Shown: in pieces, positions 56,654 through 64,000 of the stretch
How the letters are laid out: the number at the start of each line of letters is the position of its first letter
Numbering within the stretch: position 1 is the stretch's first letter
DNA from: Pseudomonadota bacterium
Lineage (GTDB): Bacteria > Pseudomonadota > Gammaproteobacteria > Steroidobacterales > MnTg04
Direction of reading: 5' to 3'
Assembly: GCA_022572885.1 (NCBI GenBank)
Contig: JACZVC010000002.1
Span: forward strand, 63,135-127,134
Length of the DNA stretch: 64,000 nt
Program-made: the position numbers and the translations under genes
The notes under the pieces: generated by a model
What the model saw: only the letters and a program-made list of their open reading frames with translations
The model's database searches: none
What the model was told of the DNA's origin: nothing

Positions 56654-57520
56654 ATGATGCACATGAAAAATAGCGCCAGGACGATTGTGCTGATCGGTGT
56701 TTTTATCATGGCGGCGGGTTGTTCTGCGATTATTGCCGGGGCGACCAGTTCGATGGCCGATAGTCTTGCGGATGCCATCATCAATCAGTCAGACCCGGAA
56801 ACGGTGCGCCAGGGTGCGCCCGCTTTGTTGTTGATGATGGATGGCTTTATCGGCAACTCACCGAAGAACGGTTCCTTGTTACAAGGCGCTGCCAAACTGT
56901 ATGCAGTTTACGGCGCTGTTTTTGTCGACGATCCGGACCGGGCAAAACGCCTGACCGGGCGCGGGTTTGATTACGGAAGACGTGCTCTTTGTGTGCAGCA
57001 GGAAAGCGCCTGCGACATGCATGAATTCGCATACGACGAATTTGTCATCGGCCTCAATCGGCTGAAGGCCGGTGATACGCCGGCGCTGTTTGCCTATACA
57101 GTGAGTTGGCTGGCCTATATCAGGACGCATAGCAGCAACTGGGGCTCGGTCGCCGACCTGCCCAAGGTGGAAGCGAGTCTCGAGCGCCTCCAGGTGCTCG
57201 ATGAGACTTACGAAAGCGCCGCGGTCCACCAGTACCTGGGGATACTCAACACGCTCAGACCGGCCGCCCTTGGCGGTGCGCCGGAACTCGGGCGCCGCCA
57301 CTTCGAGCGGGCAGTTGAAATTACCCAAGGCCGGGATCTGAGCATCAAGCTCGAATACGCACGCAGTTACGCAAGGCTGGTTTATGATCGTGAACTGCAT
57401 GACCGGCTGCTTGTCCAAGTTGTCGAGGCCAACCCGGAGGTTCCCGGGTTTACCCTGTTCAACACGCTGGCCCAGACAGAAGCCCGTTCTTTACTCGAAT
57501 CCGCCGATGACTATTTCTGA
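56654..57520 (+). CDS. TRAP-transporter-associated TPR lipoprotein, TatT family
   Basis: Lipobox MAAGC. All-helical TPR-like sequence sits directly upstream of DctP/Q/M-type genes, the arrangement called TPATs. ATG options are 56654, 56657 and 56663. Confidence 0.7.
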   Translation: MMHMKNSARTIVLIGVFIMAAGCSAIIAGATSSMADSLADAIINQSDPETVRQGAPALLLMMDGFIGNSPKNGSLLQGAAKLYAVYGAVFVDDPDRAKRLTGRGFDYGRRALCVQQESACDMHEFAYDEFVIGLNRLKAGDTPALFAYTVSWLAYIRTHSSNWGSVADLPKVEASLERLQVLDETYESAAVHQYLGILNTLRPAALGGAPELGRRHFERAVEITQGRDLSIKLEYARSYARLVYDRELHDRLLVQVVEANPEVPGFTLFNTLAQTEARSLLESADDYF

Positions 57521-57544
57521 CCGACCTGCAGTTCAGGAGTATCC

Positions 57545-58594
57545 ATGATTAAATTTCTCAGGCTTTTAATACTGCCTGTACTCGCTCTGATTTCTTTCCA
57601 GGTACACGGTGTGCAACTGAAAATTGCGACCTTGACCCCTGAAGGTTCCGGCTGGATGGAGTCCATGCGGGCAGGGGCGAAGGAAATCAAGGAGCGCACC
57701 GAAGGACGGGTCATCGTCAAGCTGTATGGTGGCGGTACCCAGGGTAGCGACAAGACAGTGTTGCGAAAAATGCGCGCCGGCCAGTTGCAGGGGGCAACAT
57801 TTACCGGTAGCGGGCTGGCCGACCGGTTTTCCACTATCCAGCTTTATTCGATGCCGATGGTATTCAAGTCGCTGGATGAAGTTGATTATGTTCGCGAGCG
57901 CATGGATGCCAAATTGATGGAAGGCATGAAATCCGCGGGGCTGATCTCGTTTGGTATCGTCGAAGGCGGGTTTGCGCGAATGATGTCGAATTTCCCAGTC
58001 CGTAGTCCAGACGACCTGTCCGGCAAAAAGGTCTGGGTGCCGGAAGGCGATATTACCAGTTACGGCGCGATGAAAGCGATGGGTCTGTCACCGGTTGCTC
58101 TGCCGTTGACCGATGTCATGATCGGGCTGCAGACTGGCCTGATCGAAGTGGTGACGAACTCGGCGGTCGGCGCAATTGTTTTGCAATGGCATACGCGGGT
58201 GAAGTATGTCATGGAATTACCATTGGTATATGTCATTGGTTTCCTGGTCATTGAGGAAAAGGCGTTCAATCGCCTGACGCCTGGTGATCAGGCCATTGTC
58301 AGTGAGGTAATGGGACGCATCTACAAGGATTTCGACAGGCTCAACCGGGTTGATGACGAAGACGCCTCGCGAGCATTGCTCGAGCAGGGGATTATTGCGA
58401 TCGAGCCGTACCAGGACCACATCGACGAATGGCGGCGAAAGGTCATGGAGAGTAATCGGGAACTGGCTGAGCAAGGCGAAGTGGATGTGAATCTTTACGA
58501 CGAGATGATCGCTCACATTGAGGAATATCGTGCGGCGAAACAGTCTGCGGCATCGTCGCAATCGGTCACCGCCGACGCGGGCGTGGACAGGTGA
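57545..58594 (+). CDS. TRAP transporter substrate-binding protein (DctP family)
   Basis: Signal peptide. LKIATLTPEGSGWMESM... is typical of the DctP fold. Confidence 0.85.
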   Translation: MIKFLRLLILPVLALISFQVHGVQLKIATLTPEGSGWMESMRAGAKEIKERTEGRVIVKLYGGGTQGSDKTVLRKMRAGQLQGATFTGSGLADRFSTIQLYSMPMVFKSLDEVDYVRERMDAKLMEGMKSAGLISFGIVEGGFARMMSNFPVRSPDDLSGKKVWVPEGDITSYGAMKAMGLSPVALPLTDVMIGLQTGLIEVVTNSAVGAIVLQWHTRVKYVMELPLVYVIGFLVIEEKAFNRLTPGDQAIVSEVMGRIYKDFDRLNRVDDEDASRALLEQGIIAIEPYQDHIDEWRRKVMESNRELAEQGEVDVNLYDEMIAHIEEYRAAKQSAASSQSVTADAGVDR

Positions 58595-59106
58595 CAAAAC
58601 CTTCCTTGCTGAAAAGTCTGGCTAAGTGGGGGCAACGGCTTGAAACCGGGCTGCTGGTCTTGTTCCTGTCAGCGTTGATTTTACTTGCGGCCGCGCAGAT
58701 TTTCATGAGAAACGTTCTGGATATCGGAATTCCAACCGGCGACGAACTTTTGCGTAACCTGGTTTTGTGGCTTGCCATACTTGGCGGTTTGGCTGCCAGT
58801 CGCGAAGAGCGCCATATTTCGATCGATGTGATTACGCGTTTTCTTTCTCCAATGCTGGCATCGGCGGCAATGCTGGTGGTCAGCATTTTTGTCGCCGGGG
58901 TTTGCGGGTTTATCGCCCAGGCTTCTTTTGTGCTGGTGAAGGATGCGTATGATTACCACGATACCGTACTCGGCGGCCAGCCGGCCTGGATTGTCCAGCT
59001 GATTTTGCCTGTTGGCTTTGCCTTGATGAGTTGGCGCTACCTGACGCATAGCTTGCGTTACGCGAGAATCCTGTTTACGGGGGTGAGACCAGATGCTACT
59101 GGTTAG
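58591..59106 (+). CDS. TRAP transporter small permease (DctQ family)
   Basis: 4-TM protein of about 170 aa. Overlaps the DctP stop by 4 nt. Confidence 0.85.
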   Translation: MTKPSLLKSLAKWGQRLETGLLVLFLSALILLAAAQIFMRNVLDIGIPTGDELLRNLVLWLAILGGLAASREERHISIDVITRFLSPMLASAAMLVVSIFVAGVCGFIAQASFVLVKDAYDYHDTVLGGQPAWIVQLILPVGFALMSWRYLTHSLRYARILFTGVRPDATG

Positions 59107-60352
59107 CCTGATTTTGATCGCGCTGGCGTTATTGGGGGCGCCTTTGTTTGCGATTATCGGCGCCAGCGCCATGTGGGGTTTTCTGCAGTCTGAAATTCCG
59201 CAGAGCGTGATGGGTATTGAAATCTATCGTATCGCCGAAATGCCGATCCTGCTGGCGATCCCGCTGTTCACCTTTGCCGGCTACCTGCTTAGTGAAAGCA
59301 AGGCGCCGTTGCGGCTGGTGCGGCTGTCGAACGCGCTGCTGGGCTGGATGCCTGGCGGCCTGGCCGTTGTCTGCCTGGCAACCTGCGCCTTGTTTACCGC
59401 ATTTACCGGCGCCTCGGGCGTCACAATTATTGCACTCGGCGCGCTCTTGTACCCCGCTTTGATGCAAGGAGGGTACCGGGAACGGTTCAGTCTTGGCCTG
59501 GTCACTTCCTCGGGAAGCCTTGGCCTGCTGTTTGCTCCGTCATTGCCTCTTATTCTGTATGGCGTGGTGGCGCAGGTTTCCATCGATGATCTGTTCAGGG
59601 CCGGCGCCACACCGGGCGTGTTGATGGTTATCATGTTGTCAGGCTGGTGCCTTTGGGTCAATCGCAAAAACCGGCGGTCGCTGGAGGATTTTTCGTGGGC
59701 TGAAGTTCGACAGGCGCTGCGCGCCGCAGCCTGGGAAATTCCGCTGCCGATCGTGGTGCTCGGTGGAATATACAGCGGCTACTTTGCTGTTTCCGAAGCC
59801 GCAGCGGTAACGGCTTTGTATGTCTTTTTTATCGATGTGGTGGTTCTTCGCGAGGTCAGATTCGGCGATCTTCCGCGAATCATGAGAGAGTCCATGGTCC
59901 TGGTCGGCGGTATATTTCTGATTCTTGGCGTGTCTTTGGCGTCGACGACGCTAATGATAGACGCGGAGGTGCCCCAGAAACTCCTGTCCGCGATCAGTTC
60001 GTACGTAACAGGACAACTGAGCTTCCTGATTCTTTTACTCGTATTCCTGCTGGTTCTGGGAGCGTTTCTGGATATCTTTTCGGCATTGGTGCTGATTGTT
60101 CCGTTGTTGCTGCCGGTGGCCGAGAGTTACGGGGTAAACCCGCTGCACCTGGGCATCGTTTTCCTGGCTACGATGCAGCTTGGTTACCTGACTCCGCCGG
60201 TCGGTCTGAATCTGTTCATTGCCAGCTACCGGTTTGACAAGCCGATTACCAGTGTCTATATGGCGACCATTCCATTCTTTCTGATCTTGCTGCTCAGTGT
60301 GCTGGTAATTACTTTTGTCCCGCAGTTATCATTGTGGCTGGTTCCTGATTGA
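59093..60352 (+). CDS. TRAP transporter large permease (DctM family)
   Basis: Polytopic 419 aa protein that overlaps dctQ. Typical DctM motifs (FTGASGVTIIALG..., YLTPPVGLNLF). Confidence 0.9.
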   Translation: MLLVSLILIALALLGAPLFAIIGASAMWGFLQSEIPQSVMGIEIYRIAEMPILLAIPLFTFAGYLLSESKAPLRLVRLSNALLGWMPGGLAVVCLATCALFTAFTGASGVTIIALGALLYPALMQGGYRERFSLGLVTSSGSLGLLFAPSLPLILYGVVAQVSIDDLFRAGATPGVLMVIMLSGWCLWVNRKNRRSLEDFSWAEVRQALRAAAWEIPLPIVVLGGIYSGYFAVSEAAAVTALYVFFIDVVVLREVRFGDLPRIMRESMVLVGGIFLILGVSLASTTLMIDAEVPQKLLSAISSYVTGQLSFLILLLVFLLVLGAFLDIFSALVLIVPLLLPVAESYGVNPLHLGIVFLATMQLGYLTPPVGLNLFIASYRFDKPITSVYMATIPFFLILLLSVLVITFVPQLSLWLVPD

Positions 60353-60398
60353 CTGTGCGGGTATTGCGTGGGTTCTGAATTATGTCACGGTGTATAGC

Positions 60399-62249
60399 AT
60401 GATTATTTTTAAGACGATTGGCCGCTTGGTCCGCTTCCTGTTGAGCACTCTCGATGGCGTGCGGCGGGTGCTGCATTTTATTTTGCTGTTGCTGGTTTTC
60501 TCATTGATCATCGTGGGTCTTGCGGGCGATATAAAAACGGTGCCTGAGTCCGCTGCACTGAGAATCGCGCCATTCGGCAATATCGTCGAGCAGTACCAGG
60601 GTGACGCTGTGGACCGTGCGCTGGACGAAATACTGGGCGAAGCGGAACCGCAGGCGCTGTTGCATCACTTGGTCGAATCTTTGGAAAAAGCGGCGGATGA
60701 TCCACGAATTTCATCGGTTGTACTGCAGTTGAATCGAATGGGCGGCGCAGGCCTGAGCAATCTGCAGACTATAGGCAGGGCGATAGACAAATTCAGGGAA
60801 AGCGGCAAGCCGGTCATCGCCATCGGCGACTACTATTCTCAGGGTCAATATTACCTGGCATCGCGTGCCGATGAAATCTACATGCACCGGCTGGGTGGCG
60901 TGTTTATCGATGGTTTTGGCTATTACCGCCTGTACATGAAAGAGGCGCTCGATAAGCTGAAGTTCAATATGCACGTGTTCCGTGCGGGCAAATATAAATC
61001 CTATGGCGCGCCGTACGAACGAGACGACATGTCGGCCGAGGAAAAGGAAGAAAGCACCGAGTGGCTCGGCGATCTCTGGAGTGCATATCAACGGGATGTG
61101 ACCGCGGCTCGCGATCTGGATGCGGAAGCCGTGTCCGACTACGCCAATAATTTTGTCGTCGAGCTGCGCGTCGAACAGGGAAACATGGCCGAGGTCGCGG
61201 TAAATTCCGGTCTGGTTGACGAATTGCTGAGCCACGAAGAAATGATGGGCAGACTCGCCGACATTGCCGGCAGCAATGGTGATGACTACAAGCCATATAG
61301 CTATATCAATTACGACGATTATGTTGCGGCGTTGAAAGCCGAAAAGGCGCTGATCCCTGACAGCAAGGACAAGATCGGGGTCATCGTCGCGGCCGGTAGT
61401 ATTTTCAATGGCCGGCAACCGCCCGGCAAAATTGGCGCAGATTCACTCGGTCGCCTGATCCGGGATGCGCGTGAAGACGACAGCATCAAGGCTGTCGTGT
61501 TGCGTATCGACAGCCCGGGCGGAAGCACTTTCGCATCCGAGGTGATTTTCCAGGAGCTGGTTGCCTTGCGTGACGCGGGTAAGCCCCTGGTGGTTTCCAT
61601 GGGGGATGTCGCCGCTTCCGGTGGGTACTGGATCGCCTTGTCCGCGGATAAAATATGGGCCAACCCGACGACCATCACCGGGTCCATCGGCGTAATCGCG
61701 ATGTTTCCGAGTTTCGAGGGCAGTCTGAGCGCGCTGGGACTGAATATGGATGGCATTGGCACAACTTCGCTGAGCGGTCAGTTTAACCCGGCCATCGGTC
61801 TGGGCGAGGACGGCAGCGACCTGATTCAGCTTACGGTCGATTTCAGTTATCGCGAATTCCTGCAAAAAGTTTCGGAAAATCGGGACATGAGCATAAGCGA
61901 AGCCAATGAGCTGGCGCAGGGCAGGGTCTGGAGCGGTATCGACGCCTACAACCTGGGGCTGGTCGACGAACTCGGCGATCTGGCGCAGGCGCTGGATTCA
62001 GCAGCCGAACTGGCGGGTCTCGAAGAGTACTCGGTGCAATACATCGAACGCGAACTTAGTTTCGAGGAATCGCTGGTGCTGAGACTTTATGGCGCGGCGC
62101 AGGCTGTCGTGCCGGCTCGCGCCGGTTCACGCGGATGGAGCGAACCGTTTAAGCAAGTCGCGGCCGCGGTTCAGAAAAATTTCGAGAGCCTGGCCAGTTT
62201 CAACGACCCGCGCGGCATGTACTACTACTGTTTCTGCGAAAAGCAGTGA
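60399..62249 (+). CDS. sppA: Signal peptide peptidase SppA, 67K type (tandem S49 domains)
   Basis: N-terminal TM. Two ClpP/S49-like halves, the second with GDVAASGGYWIA and TGSIGV. The ATG at 60399 is preferred over 60315, which would overlap dctM. Confidence 0.9.
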   Translation: MIIFKTIGRLVRFLLSTLDGVRRVLHFILLLLVFSLIIVGLAGDIKTVPESAALRIAPFGNIVEQYQGDAVDRALDEILGEAEPQALLHHLVESLEKAADDPRISSVVLQLNRMGGAGLSNLQTIGRAIDKFRESGKPVIAIGDYYSQGQYYLASRADEIYMHRLGGVFIDGFGYYRLYMKEALDKLKFNMHVFRAGKYKSYGAPYERDDMSAEEKEESTEWLGDLWSAYQRDVTAARDLDAEAVSDYANNFVVELRVEQGNMAEVAVNSGLVDELLSHEEMMGRLADIAGSNGDDYKPYSYINYDDYVAALKAEKALIPDSKDKIGVIVAAGSIFNGRQPPGKIGADSLGRLIRDAREDDSIKAVVLRIDSPGGSTFASEVIFQELVALRDAGKPLVVSMGDVAASGGYWIALSADKIWANPTTITGSIGVIAMFPSFEGSLSALGLNMDGIGTTSLSGQFNPAIGLGEDGSDLIQLTVDFSYREFLQKVSENRDMSISEANELAQGRVWSGIDAYNLGLVDELGDLAQALDSAAELAGLEEYSVQYIERELSFEESLVLRLYGAAQAVVPARAGSRGWSEPFKQVAAAVQKNFESLASFNDPRGMYYYCFCEKQ

Positions 62250-62269
62250 CGGAAACAGGCCTGGCGGGC

Positions 62270-62815
62270 TCAATTCAAACTTTTGCTTTTCCAGTATTTT
62301 GTGCCGGTAATATCCGCCGTTAGCATCAGGCCGACATCGGTAATCGTGTAAATAGCCATGCCATGGCTGAATGTCGTTTCGGCGCTGGCGCCTTTGACAC
62401 CCGCAACCGCGCTGGCGGATGCGTCGGCCGTCCAGCCGTATTCCACGAAATCATCAAAAACCTTTTTGCTCTCAAACAGGAAAACAACCTGGTATTTGTG
62501 AGCGCCCAGCCCCAGGTTGATACCGCCGAGACCCATATTCATATAGGATTTTTCTCCGCTGGCTCTGGTGACCGCCACGCCCGTGCCGCCGCCGCCGGTA
62601 ATGATTAATGACACTTTGACATTGCTAAACACCGCGTAGGCGTAACTTTCGTCATAAAGCCGTTTGGCGCCGCTGCTTTCCTTAAACAGTTTCTCCAGCG
62701 TTGTCGATGCCATCGCGTCAATTTCCGCCCGCTTGTCGGCAATTTTCTGGGGATCGCTGGTGCTTGCGCAAGCGGCCAAAGATAACAAAGCGATACTGAG
62801 AATTAACTTTTTCAT
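62270..62815 (-). CDS. SYLF (Ysc84-like) domain lipoprotein
   Basis: The ATG at 62815 gives MKKLILSIALLSLAAC. The Gly-rich beta core (IITGGGGTGVAVTR..., NMGLGGINLGLGA) is typical of SYLF/DUF500. Confidence 0.75.
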   Translation of the reverse strand: MKKLILSIALLSLAACASTSDPQKIADKRAEIDAMASTTLEKLFKESSGAKRLYDESYAYAVFSNVKVSLIITGGGGTGVAVTRASGEKSYMNMGLGGINLGLGAHKYQVVFLFESKKVFDDFVEYGWTADASASAVAGVKGASAETTFSHGMAIYTITDVGLMLTADITGTKYWKSKSLN

Positions 62816-63045
62816 TGCAGAATCCTGTTTGGTTTTTGCCAGTCGAATATTAAGTGAATGCCGGTCGCAAAACCTGCGACTAATGCTCATTATGGATAAT
62901 CTGCTTGCTCAGCGCATATGGCGCTGTTTGGCGACAATGCCGGGGGCAGAGGGTTCTCCTTAGATATCATCCAGTTAACCGAAACAATGAGTTTCAAACC
63001 TTAACCCGGATGCTGCGCGTAGCCCTTTTCCTTCCGCTGCAGGAT

Positions 63046-64000
63046 TCAGGCCAGCCAATCCAGGATGACCTTGCCGGATTGCCCGGAACGCATGATGTCG
63101 AATCCCTCCTGATACTCACTGACCGGAAAATGGTGGGTGATCACGGGGCTGATATCCAGACCGCTTTGCAGCATGCTGGTCATTTTGTACCAGGTCTCAA
63201 ACATCTCGCGCCCATAAATTCCTTTGATCTCGAGCCCTTTGAAAATAATTTGTTTCCAATCGATAGCCGTATCTTCCGGCTGCAGGCCCAGCAGCGCGAC
63301 TTTGCCGCCGTGGTGCATGGTTCGCAGCAAGTCACGAAGCGCCATCGGGTTGCCGGACATTTCCAGGCCGACATCGAAGCCTTCGGTCATTCCCAGTGCG
63401 TCCATCACCTCGTCGAGCGAACCATCGGCCACGTTATGCGCAACGCTTGCGCCCATCTTGCGGGCGAGATCCAGGCGATAGCCGTTGATGTCGGTGATAA
63501 CCACATGGCGCGCGCCTGCATGGCGGGCGATTGCGACGGCCATGACGCCGATCGGTCCGGCGCCGGTGATCAGTACGTCCTCACCGACCAGGTCGAACGA
63601 CAGGGCAGTGTGCGTGGCGTTACCCAGCGGATCCAGGATCGAGGCGATTTCGTCACCGATCGAGTCTGGCACCTTGAAAACATTTTGTGCGGGGATGCAT
63701 AGGAATTCGGCGAAACAGCCGGGACGATCAACGCCCACACCCTTGCTGTTCCTGCACAGATGACGACGCCCGGCGCGGCAGTTACGGCAATATCCACAGG
63801 TGATGTGTCCTTCACCGGAGACCCGGTCTCCCGCCTGGCAACCCTCGACCTCGCTGCCGGTTTCCACGATTTCGCCGACAAATTCATGGCCGACGTGCAT
63901 GGGGACCGGAATCGTCTGCCTGGCCCAGTCATCCCAGTTGTAAATGTGGATGTCGGTGCCGCAGATTGCAGTCTTGCTGATTTTGATCAAGACATCGTTG
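63046..64000 (-). CDS. tdh: L-threonine 3-dehydrogenase; N-terminal ~25 codons lie outside the window
   Basis: Near-collinear with E. coli Tdh: [54 protein letters not shown] and [10 protein letters not shown]. Confidence 0.96.
   Translation of the reverse strand, partial: NDVLIKISKTAICGTDIHIYNWDDWARQTIPVPMHVGHEFVGEIVETGSEVEGCQAGDRVSGEGHITCGYCRNCRAGRRHLCRNSKGVGVDRPGCFAEFLCIPAQNVFKVPDSIGDEIASILDPLGNATHTALSFDLVGEDVLITGAGPIGVMAVAIARHAGARHVVITDINGYRLDLARKMGASVAHNVADGSLDEVMDALGMTEGFDVGLEMSGNPMALRDLLRTMHHGGKVALLGLQPEDTAIDWKQIIFKGLEIKGIYGREMFETWYKMTSMLQSGLDISPVITHHFPVSEYQEGFDIMRSGQSGKVILDWLA

Noticed and set aside
62910-62929. CAGCGC-atatg-GCGCTG hairpin followed by TTTG, terminator-like on the plus strand
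   Set aside because: Both neighbouring genes (the SYLF lipoprotein gene and tdh) are on the minus strand. In that orientation no U-tract follows the stem, and the only plus-strand ORF upstream is an antisense shadow ORF.

Overview
This 64-kb chromosomal segment looks gammaproteobacterial: it is moderately GC-rich by eye, and its gene order resembles Pseudomonas and E. coli. I saw no rRNA, CRISPR array, integrase or transposase. There are three conserved housekeeping blocks. (i) 1-10.4 kb carries nnrD-tsaE-amiB-mutL-miaA-hfq-hflX-hflK-hflC-DUF2065-purA. (ii) 36.9-45.1 kb carries tRNA-Leu(CAG), rnr-rlmB and rpsF-rpsR-(membrane protein)-rplI-dnaB-alr. (iii) 49.4-64 kb carries radA, a CNNM/CorC transporter, a ypjD-like gene, ffh (reading frame broken as given), rpsP-rimM-trmD-rplS, a TatT-type TRAP transporter, sppA, a SYLF lipoprotein and tdh. 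About 26 kb of accessory-looking DNA (10.4-36.9 kb) lies between purA and tRNA-Leu/rnr, which are near neighbours in reference genomes. It encodes an M48 peptidase plus a triad-less S1 pseudoprotease, a mini-lipoprotein with a TonB-box-like motif, three tandem TPR+TonB_C paralogues and several orphan lipoproteins. Its most notable part is a tightly coupled nine-gene operon (21396-33915). That operon combines a Hanks Ser/Thr kinase, a PEGA-repeat/Cys-less FGE-domain protein, a MotA/TolQ/ExbB-like channel, a degenerate Hsp70-fold-FHA protein, and two ExbD/TolR-like TM proteins whose periplasmic parts are coiled coil plus vWA. I consider this a candidate undescribed proton-motive-force (PMF) driven envelope system under phospho-threonine control. 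A separate FHA/PP2C/CHASE2-kinase triad lies at 45.1-49.3 kb. All calls rest on reading the supplied translations and the DNA; no database search was run.
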